Below, one piece after another: positions 31,469-47,230 of a stretch of DNA of 64,000 nt. Below the pieces are notes generated by a model. That model saw nothing but the letters and a program-made list of their open reading frames with translations, had not been told where the DNA came from and searched no databases. How positions within the stretch are numbered: the first letter of the stretch is position 1; each line of letters starts with the position of its first letter. Source of the DNA: the human T2T-CHM13v2.0 reference genome, Homo sapiens. Both the position numbers and the translations under genes were made by a program. The stretch lies in assembly GCF_009914755.1 (NCBI RefSeq), contig NC_060931.1; one strand, given 5' to 3'.

Positions 31469-32399
31469 GGCTTCAAGCTACTCAGCGAGTCAGCGGTGAC
31501 GCTGAGATTTGAAAAGCGTGATTTGTGACCTAAGACCTATGCTTTGCTTCCTGATGACACCTGCACCTTCCAGAATGGTGAGGAAGCAAGGACGAGGTTC
31601 TTGCTACTCTGAAGCTAAAATTCTGTTAATAAAATTGAAGGAGTCTCAGTGAAGACCCCAAGAAGACATGTAAGTGCTTGAGAAGCTAATCACTGGCCAC
31701 CCCTTCAAGCCAATACTCCTTTGATATTTGATCATTTCACAGGGGCAGGAATATGCTTAAATGTCTCTTTGAAAACAACATATACTTCAGTGAGAGACAA
31801 CCCATTTGCATTCCCCAGTTGTGTAAAAATCCATCTGTACAGACATACAGTATTGAACTTGCAACTGATATGTACTCCGGCCAGGTTTTGAAACCCCCTG
31901 GAGTTTCATGCTCCAAAGTTGTTGCTTTACTTTTATAGGATCAGTTTCTGCTACTCAGAAACTGATTCTATAAAAGAAAGAGAAGAAGATGGCTCTAAAT
32001 ACCTAAAATGACTTCACACTGAGCTCTTTGATGAGCACTCCTCAAAAAGGGACACAGAAAAAGGATGAAAGAAAGGCTACCTAATCAAGGACAAGTGTGA
32101 TCTTTATAAAGGGGATGGAGGATATATATTCAAGAAATAGTAGTGTGATCACTGCCAACCAACAGCAAACTTTTAGAACGGATTCTTACATAATTCTGAA
32201 TGCTTCTAGAAGGAATTCAGAATCACTAGCAATCAGCAAAGGTTCACAAAGGAGAAATCTCACTAGACATAGTTATGTCCATCTTTCATCCCTCATATCC
32301 ATCCATCTTTTACCAGCCGAGTGATGTCATAGACTTTATCTTTCAGCAACAAATTTAATGGTCTCTCAAGAAATCTTCAAGGAAGAGAAATATAACTTG

Positions 32400-33230
32400 A
32401 AGCCGAAAGTGGGGTGTTCTGTTTGCTCATGTCCTTTTCAACATCTCTATTAATGCCTTGGAGAAAGACACAAGTAGCATGTTTATTAAGTTTGCAAATG
32501 TCACGAAGCTGAGAGGGATGGTTTAATATGATGGATTATAAAAAGCATTTCAAAACCATCTTGACAGGCTAGAAAGATGGGATAAAAATAATAAGATGAA
32601 ATGTAATAGAAATAAACTTAATTGCAGCACTTAGATAAAAAAAATATATACAATCACCTAAATAGAAGATGGGAGACCCCCAGCATCATGAAAAAACTTA
32701 GGAAATTGGTTTGATGGAAAGTCTGGTACAAGCAATGTTACATGGTGATGGATTCTTAAATGAATGTGATTCTGAGCCACACTAGTATGAGAATCATGTC
32801 CAGAGCGAGGGTATTAGTCATCTGAGGAGAAAACCAGATAAACACAAGACCCGTAAAGGAAATGTCAGAAGACCTGGGAATGTCTGATCAGAAAAAAATA
32901 TGATTTGAGAGACGAGAGAATCAATTTTCAGTCTTTGGTAACTGCCACATGCAGGGTGGATTAGACTTAGTTGAGGCTTACTCAGCAAGACTGACATGGA
33001 CCAAAAGCAGAAGATATGAAGAGGAAAATCTCAGCTCCATATAAGAAAGAACTTCCTAACAATTAGAGCTTTTCAAAAGTGAGTGGTCTCTACTTTGAGG
33101 TAATGAACTCTCTATTATTGAGAATATTCAACAAAGGCTAAACGGAAATGTGCCCTGTATATTAAGGAGTTGTCTGGATTGAGTAAAACCAGATTAGATA
33201 TAGCCTAAATAAACTTTGAAACTTTAAGAT
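32400..33230 (+). mobile_element. L3/CR1 LINE fragment (degenerate RT and 3' end)
   Basis: CTTTTCAACATCTCTATTAATGCCTTG..ATTAAGTTTGCAAATGTCACGAAGCTG, a decayed form of the CR1 RT motif LFNIFINDL..KFADDTKL, followed by CTTGACAGGCTAGAAAGATGG and the L3 3' tail. Confidence 0.82.
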
Positions 33231-34029
33231 TTGTGGTGGGAGTAATTTTCTTAATTAAAAAGGTGAAAATGCAATATTATAGTAGAGCAGGGTCTCCTGT
33301 TCCATTGGCAACTAGGGGGATAACATTTAGGGTTCCTTGATATAAAACACTGTTATGATGCATGATGATAGATATGAATTTAGAAGAATATCAATGTACA
33401 GCGATCACCACATCACTGTGAGTTGTGTAATTACATACACGACCTGTTTCCAAGGTGGCAATATGCATTTTAATTTTATTTCTGAGCCCTCTTTAATTAA
33501 TCGTTTTTCAAATTAACTATTTCTGCCATCGCTGTAAATCAGAGTAATATAAAACCGTAATGAAGTAGATCTATTCTGAAATAAAAAGACGGTAGCTTCT
33601 CTGTGTAAACTTGAGAAGCTGTGCTTAGAAAGAAGCTGAACACTAATGCAGTGTCGTTGTTGCTTGGCTGATCATTGCTGTTGTCAGTGGCGATGTCTGG
33701 GGTGGTAAAAATAAAGCGAACTTCTATCCATTTGAACTAACTAGAGTTTGTAAGTCATATTGGTCTCAGATCCTCATATTTCCCAAACTACCATTATCCA
33801 AAGCAATTCCAATAGAAGTGGCTAGTAGCCCCTATATTATTTCTATTATAATCTAAATTGTGAATATCATGATCCTACACGACTTTTTATTGATTAAAAA
33901 GTCTTATTCTAAGGCTTTCTAAAACTTTCTGGAACTTTGGCAAAGCCTCTTCACACAGAAGGAACTGACATACTTAGATCTTCATTTGTTGGTGAAATCA
34001 TATACTGTGATAACCATGCTGCTCACAGA

Positions 34030-34330
34030 ATATTTCTGGCCAGAGTTATGAATGGAAAAGATTTGTGTGATTTCCAGGCTAGAACATTTAAGTGCTCATG
34101 CAAGACCCTCTAGAGTCCTTTTATCCCTTTGGCATGGTGACTGACAAGCCTAAGACAGTGATTTTTTCCGTAAGCCTGGGTCCCTCTGTGACTACAGTGA
34201 ACAGAAAACTCTTGACTTGTGATGAACATATAGCATGAGATAAAAAAAACTCCTTGCTTTGTTAAGCCACCGAGACTATAGGGCTGTTTGTTACTGTGGC
34301 AGAGCCTTGGCCTGTCCTGACTGAGGCATA
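34030..34330 (+). mobile_element. MLT1 (I/J-like) LTR fragment
   Basis: GCTTTGTTAAGCCACCGAGACTATAGGGCTGTTTGTTACTGTGGCAGAGCC..CCTGACTGAGGCA 3' end. Confidence 0.7.
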
Positions 34331-34380
34331 AGGACTGACTTAAGGGCAGACTTTGCTCTCGCACCCTTGGGTTTGATCTC

Positions 34381-34801
34381 TGATATAGTTTGGATATTTG
34401 TCCCCACCAAAATCTCATGTTGAAATGTAATCCCCAGTGTTGGAGGTGGGGCCTGGTGGGAGGTGTTTGGATCATGGTGGTGGAAGCCTCATGAATGGCT
34501 TGGGCCATCTCCTTGGTGATAAGTGAGCTCTCACTCTGAGTTCACACAAAACCTGGATGTTTAAGTATGTAGCACCTCCCCCCAACACTCTTCCTCTGGA
34601 TCCTGCTTTTGCCATGTACCCTGCCTGCTCCACCTTCACCTTCTGCCATAATCATAAGCTTCCTGAGGCCTCCCCAGAAGCAGATGCCAGTGCTATGCCT
34701 CCTATAAAGCCTGCAGAACTGTGAGCCAATTAAACCTCTTTCCTTATAAATTACCCAGTCTCAGATGTTTCTTTATAGCAGTGCAAGAACAGCCTAATAC
34801 A
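34381..34801 (+). mobile_element. MSTB MaLR solo LTR inserted in a MIR
   Basis: TGATATAGTTTGGATATTTGTCCCC..CAGCCTAATACA. TSD ATCTC at 34376-34380 and 34802-34806; MIR continues to ~34990. Confidence 0.92.
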
Positions 34802-35449
34802 ATCTCTTACTCTACCATTTGCCGATTGTATGACTTTGTCGGGTTACTTAACATTGTGTGTATCTGTTTTGTCATGTGTAAAATAGGAATAGTAATGGTC
34901 TCTGTGTCACGGGATTCAGCAAAATAATACATGTTTAGCGGTTAGCACAGTCTCTGCTGCATAGTATGTGTGTAATACATATTAGTTTTTTACTTTGCAT
35001 AATCAGCAAATGTATACTCATCATATGTCAGATGCCAGGCATTGTATAAGTCCCTGGAACATCATTAGGGTCCAAGACAGGCACAGTTTCTGCCTTTGGA
35101 AACTTTATATATTCAAATCCAGTTCTCAGAGGTTTCTCTTGGGAGAACCCAAAGCAAGATAGGGGATCATACAATGTATCAATATGCACTGGGTCACATT
35201 TTTAGAGCTTCAGTTTCTGGAAAAGAAGGTAATGGAAAGTCAATTAGAAGTAAAAAGACAAGAGGGTGGGATAAATGAAAAGAAGTATAGAATTCTTTGG
35301 GAGCAAGTAGGGAGGGCACTTGAGCCAGTCCAGGAGTGAGGGAAGGCATACTAGAGGAAGTAACACAGAAGCTGGGACCCTAATGAAGAGTTAGAATGAT
35401 CTGGGTAAAGCAATGGGCTGAAGTAGAGGCCATAAGGGCGGGGGAGGTC

Positions 35450-35970
35450 AGTTCTCCATTCTGCACAGCAGTCCACCCAAAACTGTGTGGCTCAAAACAG
35501 TAGTTTATTATTTCTGGCAATTCTGTGGATTGGCAGGGTGGTTGTTCTGCTTCATGACTCCAGGCAGGGTGTAAGAATGACTGGATAGCCCGAAATAGCC
35601 TCATTCATGTGGCTGGCAGCAAGTGCTGTCTGCCCAGGAGCTCTTTGGGGCCACGAGCCAGGGGCTGAGTTCTCCCCCAAGGGTTCCAAATCATGGCTGC
35701 TTGGGCTACCTCATGGCATGGTGGCTGGGCTCCAAGAAGGAGCTTTCCAAACAGCAAATGTAGAAGCTGAAGGTCTCTAAGAGCCACCATTCTTGCCATA
35801 TGCTATTGACCAAAATCTGGGTTCCAGCCCATGTTCCAAGAGAGAGGAAGCAGACCCTACCTCTTGGTGGCATCGTAGCCAGGTCACATTGCAAAGAAAC
35901 ATGCCATGGGAGTTACGGTTGTGACATCTTTGGAAACACAGTGTGCTATGAGGGAAATTTGAGGAACCAC
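35450..35970 (-). mobile_element. MLT1 (F/G/H-like) LTR
   Basis: CACCCAAAACTGTGTGGCTCAAAACAG..TCTGTGGATTGGCAGGG..GCAGACCCTACCTCTTG. Confidence 0.7.
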
Positions 35971-36189
35971 AAGTTGCATTCAGAATGGTGGAAAGTCGGA
36001 TGTGAAGATGCAAGTGATAAAAATGCTGCAGCATAAGCAGGGTTCAGATCAAAGGCGGCTTTACCAGCAGGGCCACATGTCCTGCTTTGCCTGGGACAGA
36101 CCCAAGCTACTCCTGCCAGGACAAGAGTACATTATTAGCAGTGCCCACTTTTACTCTAAAAATAGGACTACGCAGTTGTATGATCACCT

Positions 36190-36630
36190 ATCTTATTTGG
36201 GTGTTCCCAGGAGAAACCCTGCAGAATTCGATTTGAATATAAGAAGTTTACCTGGGAGACAATCCCATAAAACAAGCAGGAAAGTAGAGACATGAAACAG
36301 GGAAAGGGATGGAGCATTATCAAGCCACTCACCACTGTGGGCACCTGGAACATAATCCCACCAGGACACTCTGGAAGACAGTGCGAGACATGCCTCCGAG
36401 TGTCCCAACCGAGGCAGGAGGAAGCCAGGGCATCTCGCCACCTCCTCCCATCCTGCAGTGATGAGGGCTGCTTCCTGCGGTACTAACTCCCCAGCACTTC
36501 CAGCTTGTCCCGTGTTTACACCCAACACACTGCTGAGGCCAGAGGAAAGTGCAGATGACAGCGAATCGCAGTCAGTGGTTCCTGGAGCAGGACTGAGGTG
36601 AATGCCGGGCACTGACAGCATCTGCCATAT
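36190..36630 (-). mobile_element. LTR16-family ERVL LTR
   Basis: GATTTGAATATAAGAAGTTTACCTGGGAG..ACCACTGTGGGCACCTGG..GGGCACTGACAGCATCTGCCA. Confidence 0.7.
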
Positions 36631-37849
36631 TACGGATCTATTTATAAGCCATGTTAAGGTTTTAATGTTATCTTAGGGGTTAAAGGAAGTCAAGGAAGGA
36701 TGTTTTTTAATCCATAGAATAACGTGATCAGATTGACACTTTAGCCAGATAATACCATCTGCAGAGTGCAAAATGCATAACAGGAAGTGAGAAGCTGCAG
36801 GGAGACCAAATTGGAGGTTGCCATGGTTATCACAGAATTGCACATTGTAATGCACAAAACAGCTCACATATGTGGAGAAAATGCAATGTCTTTATCTGTG
36901 TCTGATGATGTCGTATTCCTTCTGGGTAGCAAAGGCAAATAAGCTAAACATCCAGGCTGGTTTAAAGCTGATTCTGACTTAATCATTTCAAAATTCCTTC
37001 CTGGTTGTGCTCTGTCCCTCATGAATAAAAATGTTCAGTTTCTCGAAGAGCCTTTCCCGTCCTCTGCTTCTTTCTATAAGGTGGGGACCAGGTGTACAGA
37101 ATATAAAAGGAGACAGGGAGACAGGCAGCAACATGTCTAGCTTTAGCATTCTAATGATACCGTGGGCAGGGAGAGACCTGGATGCATGCTGGTCCTTGAG
37201 TTTGCATGGCCAGGCATCTGCTGGCCTCCAGCCCAGTGTCCTGTGTCCCTGAGTGCTCTTCTGGCCTTGGAGCTTAAATCTGTGGTTGATGAACTTAGAG
37301 TCCCTTTCTTTGACTCAGGCAGTGTTCCCAGGGAGCACCTGCCATCCTGCCCTTTGCTTACTTGCTGTGCCCTCAATCTCCCACTTGAGAGACCCCTAAG
37401 CCCTAAGTCTCTTTCGCATCCTCCGTCTCCCCATGGCAGGTTGTCGTCAGCTATCAAGCAGTGAGGGCTTTCATCTAAGGCTTCATGCTGCACGAGAATG
37501 AGATGATGCACGTGAGGACCAGAGACCCTGTCGGCTTACTCTTCTTCCCTCTCTACATGAGGCTTGGCTGCCCCATGTTAGTACAGGACCCCCACCACCA
37601 CCACCACCGACCCCCTACACAGCAACCTCTCCCCAGAGCCCCAGACTGGGAAGCAAGGCAAGAGCCCTAAACCCTTGGTCCCATCCGTCATCCTTTAGAA
37701 ACCCACTTCTGCTCTCTGGGCCAAAGCTTAGCTCTCGTCTCTCCTGCTGTATCTCCTCCTTTTCTCATAGTCTTCTAGGGCATTAAGAAAGAAAAAAGAA
37801 AAAAAGAAAAAAAGCTTTGCTTTTACTTCCTACAAAAAAAAAAAGCACC

Positions 37850-38230
37850 ATCTAACAAATAGCTCCAAAACTCAATTGCTTAAAACAACAATTCTATTTT
37901 TATCACTAATCTGCGGGTCAGCTAAGGGCCGAAGTTTCTCTTGTACACCTCTCGTCTTCCTCCTGGGACCAGGGAGTTAGCATGGGCATGTTTTTCTCTG
38001 GCAGAGACACGAGAGAACAAGCCACTCACACAAGCACTTTCCAGGCCTTTGGTCTTGTCACATCCACTAACATCTGATTATCTAAACTAAGTCATGTGGC
38101 CAAATCCATAGTCGAGGAGAAGAGAAACTTGCTTTCCCTTCAGTGAAGAAAACAGCAAAGTCACATGGCAAAGGCCACGGATACAGGGAAGGGTAAAGAA
38201 TTAGGGGCCGCCAATGCCATCTTCCATACT
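37850..38230 (-). mobile_element. MLT1 (H/I-like) LTR
   Basis: TAACAAATAGCTCCAAAACTCAATTGCTTAAAACAAC..GTCACATGGCAAAGGCCACGGATACAGGGAAGGGTAAAGAATTAGGGGCC. Confidence 0.7.
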
Positions 38231-38288
38231 TAGGAGGTGGATGCAGGAGAACTCTGTGACCTCCTCGATGTACTAAAAAGCCTGAGTA

Positions 38289-39560
<1,272 letters not shown>

Positions 39561-39799
39561 CAAGGCTATTCCATGGATGCATAGCACTGAGGTGCATATC
39601 AGAAACCGAACACCACCTGTAACACGGCCTTTTCCTGTCTTTATCTCCCATCTCCTCCTCAGGCAGATAGATGTCTTGGCTTGACTAGGACATTGATCGT
39701 TACTGGGAAAGGCAAAAAAGAAAAAAGCCTATTGATAAATGTCAGAATATATCTCCATTATAAAGTCATTCAGGTGTTGCATATGAACGCAATGATGAA

Positions 39800-40640
<841 letters not shown>

Positions 40641-40642
40641 AA

Positions 40643-41003
<361 letters not shown>

Positions 41004-41803
41004 TCATGGGATATTTAGTCAGTGTCTCCTAGGGGCTAGTGCCGTCCACCCTGGGGGAGCGTGAGGGACAGGAGAGGGACCTGCAGCGATTAAGCCACCG
41101 GTTCTACCCATTCCCTCTTTACTTTCCTGCGCTAGCCGGTAGAGATTAGGAAATATGTGGGAATTATTATTTATTTACAGCTTAGAATTTTGTAGTTCTT
41201 TTAGAGTCATTATTGAAAAGAATGATTAATATAATACATTTCTTTAAAAAGGAGCTAGAGAAAATGGGGTAGATTAAACTGCCTGCAACTTCTCTCAAGG
41301 AAAGTCCCCGATGGCAGCTTATCGCCTTGTGATTTATCTCTACCTCCTAAGAGTAGAATGCAGCAAAATTGATAAATGAACAAATGGCAAATAGTTAATT
41401 GAAATTTCTGGTCAGTTGCCTTTGCGTTTTACTATAAGGACAGAAGCAGCAGGAAAGCACTGATGAGAAAGCTCATTGAAGTGATAGGTGAGAAATAATA
41501 TTTAAACTGAAGAGAAGAAATTATGTCCTGTTTTTCATATCCTAAAGAACATATAGCGTAGTCTTAATGTCCAGAATCTTCTCAAGGCTGAAGGAAATCT
41601 ATTTTAAAAGAATTCACTCAGGGAGCTCTAGTTCAAGGCTGGCTTCTCATTCTTTTTTAATTGCATTGACTTTCATTCTTAGACATTTATTGGGCTTTAT
41701 TATTATTATTGCCTTATAGAATCATAGGAGGCCCTAAGAAATAATTTGTTGAAACTTTGTCACATTACAGCTGAGGAAAATGAGGCCCAGAAAGGTTAAA
41801 TGA

Positions 41804-42118
<315 letters not shown>

Positions 42119-42309
42119 CTTCAACGATATTTTCAATATAATATACTGTCAATATCAGAATAATCTTTGCTTATCACCCAAATGTGTCTTTAACAAGGAC
42201 AATAAATAATTAATACATCATAACCTGCAAACATACTCTCAATATCTAGATAAAACAGCTGCAAAGGCAAATCTTGTCATAAGTGTAGTCTGGAAGAGGA
42301 TATTTTGAA

Positions 42310-42560
42310 CATTGAGGGTCAGGCTCAGTACAGGCTCTGTGTCAGAACACCTGCAATTCCAGTTGCCTCACCTGCTCGAGGAGCTTTAACAGGTTTCTTA
42401 CAAATCTCAGCTTCAGTTTTCTTAACCGTGAAATGAGAATGATAGTAGTGCCAATATCATAAGCTTTGTTAGGAAGATGAAAGATGCTATCATGAATGTA
42501 AAGGGCTTATCACACAGCCTGGCACACAGTGAGTGTCCAGTACATCTTAGGCAGTATCAT
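42310..42560 (+). mobile_element. MIR/MIRb
   Basis: CTCAGCTTCAGTTTTCTTAACCGTGAAATGAGAATGATAGTAGTGCC..CACAGCCTGGCACACAGTGAGTG. Confidence 0.78.
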
Positions 42561-42950
42561 TACATCTAATCTTTGACTTTTAGCTAATACAAATAAAGAA
42601 TGGCTGACTCCAATCCTGGGTCACTCATAAAAAGAACACTCAAACAATGAAAAACTGAAAAAAACTTTTGATTGAAAACCAATTGGTATCATCATCTTTC
42701 CATGGTTTCCAAAATTAAATTATCTTTAATTAACAAAAGCAACCCCCACCAAAAAAAATAATTTATTGTTAAAATGTGATGAGAGATCAGAAGTTCTGTT
42801 TTAATCACATTTTTAGTATTTGGTTAAAGAAGATTGTCAAAAACACTTATTTCTGTCCCAAATCTTCAACTCACCTGTCTTTGACACACAACATACTTTT
42901 GCATACCCAATTGTTTTGAAATAAACAAACATTTGAAAGTCAAAATTCTA

Positions 42951-43274
42951 GGCTGGGCTCGGTAGCTCACACCTGTAATCCCAGCACTTTGGGAGGCCAA
43001 GGCAGGTGGATCACCTGAGGTCAGGAGTTCGAGACCAGCCTGGCCAACATGGTGAAATCCCATCTCTACTTAAAAAAACTACAAAAATTAGCCAGGTATG
43101 GTGGCAGGCACCTGTAAGCTCAGCTACTTGGGAGGCTGAGGCAGGAGAATTGCTTAAACCCAGGAGGTGGAGTTGCAGTGAGCCACCAAGATCATGCCAT
43201 TGCACTCCAGCCTGGGCAACAAAAGCAACTCTGTCTCAAAAAAAAAAAAAAAAAGAAAGAAAGAAAGAAAGAAA
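42951..43274 (+). mobile_element. AluSx-like with A/(GAAA)n tail
   Basis: Full Alu. TSD-like GAAAGT(C/T)AAAATTCT. Confidence 0.94.
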
Positions 43275-43350
43275 GTTAAAATTCTTATTATTATGACATT
43301 CCAAAGTATTCCAGAAGGCATGGAAAATTTTTGAATTTCTTATTTATATA

Positions 43351-43998
43351 CAGTTGATCATTATTATTATACATTTCATATTTACAAATTCACCTACTCT
43401 CTAAAATTTATTTAGAACCTCAAAAGTAGTATTCTTGGTGCTTTTGTGGTTATTTGCAGACATGTGCTGTGTAGCAAACAATTTGTCATCAATGTGTACA
43501 TTCTCATTTGAAGTCAAACAAGGTGATGCCCTTGCCTTCTAGTTTCAGCTCTTATACCATAAACAAGTATCATTTTTGTAGTCTATTCAGTGCCATTTTT
43601 TTGCATTCTTGTGTTTTTATTGGTGATTTTACTGTATAAAATGGCCCCTAAGTGGAGTGCTGAAATGCTATCTATTGCTCCTAAGCACAAGACGCTGCGA
43701 TCTGTCCTGTGGAGAAAATACATCTGTTAGATGAGCTGTCTTTAGGCATGACTGATTGTGCTGGCAGCCATGAGCTCAACGTTAATAAATCAACAACGTT
43801 TATTTCAAAACTGAATATTAAATAAGATACACACATAAAGCAAGGTAATGTATTGGTTGGTTGATAAAATGTTATGACCAGATGCTTGCAGGAACCTAAC
43901 CCTGTATTTACTTTAGGAACAATGTTTTAGTATTCACTAATTGAGTGTTAGCAGCAACTGTATGAAACATAGCTACTGCAAATAGTGACAATTGACTG
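43351..43998. mobile_element. MER82 (TcMar-Tigger)
   Basis: TA|CAGTTGATC start; CAAACAAGGTGATGCCCTTGCCTTCTAGTTTCAGCTC; AAAATGGCCCCTAAG..GTGCTGAAATGCT; ends GACAATTGACTG; about 650 bp. Confidence 0.8.
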
Positions 43999-44108
43999 AA
44001 TTATTTTTAACCTGCATCACATGAATATGATGATACATTATGTTTATATATTATTTTGCAGTTTAAACAGCTCTTCCACAGCTATTATCACACATGATGT
44101 TCATGGAG

Positions 44109-44464
44109 CGTTACAGTTTGGCTGTGTCCCCACCCAAATCTCATCTTGAATTGTAGCTCCCATAATTCCCACTTGTTGTGGGACCCGATGGGAGATAATT
44201 GAATCATGGGGGGGTTTCCCCCATACTGTTCTCATGGTAGTGAAGAAGTCTCATTAGATCTGATGGTTTTATAAGGGGTTTCCCTTTCAGTTGGCTCTCA
44301 TTCTCTCTTGCCTGCTGCCATGTAAGATGTGCCTTTCACCTTCTGCCATGATTATGAGGCCTCCCCAGCCATGTGGAACTGTGAGTCCATTAAACCTCTT
44401 TTTCTCTGTAAATTACCCAGTCTCAGGTACGTCTTTATCAGCAAAGTGAAAACAGACTAATACA
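44109..44464 (+). mobile_element. THE1 (THE1C/D-like) MaLR solo LTR
   Basis: GTTTGGCTGTGTCCCCACCCAAATCTCATCTTGAATTGTAGCTCCC..CAGACTAATACA. TSD TGGAG at 44104-44108 and 44465-44469. Confidence 0.93.
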
Positions 44465-45744
44465 TGGAGGTAAGAGGAGAGTGGTTACTGCTCAGCACAC
44501 TAGATTAACAAGTCCAACTAAGGCTACCCAGGTAGAGCCTGGTCTTCTCCTTCTGGTTTGTGAAATCTCATGGTGCTTCCTATAGCATAAAGACTGGCTG
44601 TCACTCAACACCACTGCATCTTAAGGTCCGTGGAAGGGGAACATAACATGTTTCGAAGAAAAATGTCTGGGCTACAAAGACCCTTTATGTAATCTTGCTA
44701 ACGACCTGGAATTTAAACTTTGGAGAGCTTGAAGGTTAACAGATTGGAATAAAAAGAAATCAAGTCACTCCTTGTTTGAATGCTCTGAAGAACAAAACAG
44801 AAAAACACAATGAAATGGTAACAGAAGAAGCAGATTTGGCCCAATAAGTCTATGCTTTGAATGTTCCTCCGGCACTAACATGGCCACATTTGGGAAGACT
44901 GGCATCCCCACAGACTTTTCTGTAGCACTTTGAAGGAAGAATAGAGCAGTTGTAGAAAAACAAATGTTTGCATGGAAGAATTATTCACCTCTTAAAAATC
45001 TATAGGGTGTGAATAATCCTGCTATAAAAAGCATTAAATGTTTATAACAGATATTTCATGGGACTGTTATGTTTTTTGGCAGCAAGCATGGCTAGATTTT
45101 GAATGTCACAGCTCTGTGCTCTGGTGATAAGACAGACTCTGTGGTCTAAGTAAGAATTATTTTCCTGCTTTTAAATGTAGCTGTTAAAAAACAATAAAGT
45201 GTATTTATCTAAGGAAGATAATCTTCTAAAAGAAGTGTTTAATAATTTTTAATTCACAATTTATACTACTTCTCCAAGGTAAATTCACTTTCCAACTGTT
45301 ACTCCATCTTTATTGACTGGGAGGAATTAGCATTCAAAATACAAACTCAGAGGTTAAAGCAAAGCCATACACAGAAGTGAGCCTTATTCCATTGTCTTTT
45401 ATCACGGGTGCCAGATTTATTTAACAGACTGTCTTTCAGTCTCACTTACAGTAACTAGACAGGTACTATGGAGGACAGTGTATGTTGAATGCCTTCCAAG
45501 TGTGAAACACCTGCCTGGCACTACATTATCACTAATTCTAACCTTGCAAGTAAGTGCCTACTTAAATCTGCACTTGACATGTGAGGAAAGAGGCTCTGAA
45601 GTTTTAAAGTGACATGTGCCAAGTCATATAGCTAGTAAGTGGTAGAACCATGATTCCAGGGTGGGTCTTTCTGTGCCTGTTGGTTTATTTACTGTCTGTG
45701 TTTGTTTTATGAAAGAGAAAAGACCCTGAGAGATAGGCATAGTA

Positions 45745-46176
45745 CAGGTGACCCTTGAACAACAGGAGAATTAGGGGTGCTGACCCCCTATGCAGTCAAA
45801 ATTTTGCATATAACTTTTGGCTTTTCAGAAACTTACTGCCAATAGCTTACTGTTGACCAGAAGCCTTACTGATAACATGAACAGTTGATAAAGACATATT
45901 TTGTATATGTATTATATACTGTATTCTTATAATAAATTAAGCTAGAGAAAAGAAAACATTATTAGGAAAATCATAGGAAAGATAAAATACATTTATTATT
46001 CCTTAAATGGAAGTGGAACATCATAAAGGTCTTCATCCTCATCTTCTTCACATTGAGTAGGCTGAGGAGGAGGAAGAGGGGTTAGTCTTACTGTCTCACG
46101 GTTGGCAGAGGCAGGAGAAAATCTACATATAAGTAGACTCATGCAGTTTAAAACCATATTGTTCAAGGGTCAACTG
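45745..46176. mobile_element. Tigger2a-type TcMar element
   Basis: TIRs CAGGTGACCCTTGAACAA and TTGTTCAAGGGTCAACTG, TA on the left, about 432 bp, internal GCCTTACTGATAACAT. Confidence 0.88.
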
Positions 46177-46714
46177 TGTATTTATCTGATGCTTCAGAAA
46201 GGGGACCATGTCAATTCCTGATAAGGTTCTCTCCTCTTTCCTTTTCCTCCATCTCTCTGTGTCGATCCTAGTGCTTTCATCGGCTTTTAACCAGTAGAGG
46301 TCTCCAGACTGTCTTGTGGCAGCCTGGGCTCCCTATACACAGAAAGACCTGGCTTCAAAATTCTGGTTAATATGGGAAGTGCATTAGGAAGTAGAAAGGA
46401 AAGAAAAGTCAAACAATAAGGAAAGGATTAATATAAATCATAAATTAATTTTGTGGGCCGAATTACTATTTTTTAAAACACTGTAAGTTTTAGTAGATTT
46501 TCTTACTCTAAGTTATAGAAGTCAAACCCTAAAACACGTTAAAAAAAAAATCTTTTTGTTATTTCTTAACTATTACGGTTATTTTATCAAAATTAATTAA
46601 TATCAAATTAATGATAATACAAAGGAAGTCACATTATTAATTAAACAAAGTGACTTAGCCTTGCAAATAAAACACTATCATGTGGATTAATAGTTTGAAG
46701 GTTTAACTTTACAG

Positions 46715-47230
46715 CCTTTTCAATTGACTATAATTTAGAGCATTTTTAGGTTTACAGAAAAATGGAGCAAAAAGTACAGAGAGTTTCCATATACTCCCTC
46801 ACCCCTCCCCACGTTATACATAGTTTCTCTTCTTATTAACATCTTTCTACGTCATGTTTTTGGTGTTACATACTTGCCACACATAGTACCCTAATAATCT
46901 CTTGGGCTGTACATTCTCTGGGTTTGGACAAATGTGTAATGACACAGATCCACCATTACAGTATCATAGAGAGTGGTTCCCCTGCCCTAGAAGTCCTCTG
47001 TCTCCACCTGTTCATCCCTCCCTCCCCTCTGCTCCTTGCCCGGTCCCCAGGCAACTACTGATCTTTTTCCTGCCTCTATAGCTTTGCCTTTTCCAGAATG
47101 TCATATAATTGGAATCATACAATATGTACCCTTTTCAGATTAGCTTCTTTCACTTTGTAAAATACATCTAAGTTTCCTTCAGGTCATGGCTTGATAGATC
47201 ATTTCTTTTGATTGATAAATAATATTTCAG
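46715..47230 (-). mobile_element. L1MC-type 3' end
   Basis: TTTAGGTTTACAGAAAAATGGAGCAAAAAGTACAGAGAGTTTCCATATAC..GCCTTTTCCAGAATGTCATATAATTGGAATCATAC. Confidence 0.8.

Noticed and set aside
44980-45017. Hairpin ATTATTCAC..GTGAATAAT as a miRNA precursor
   Set aside because: Stem too short and AT-rich for a pre-miRNA.
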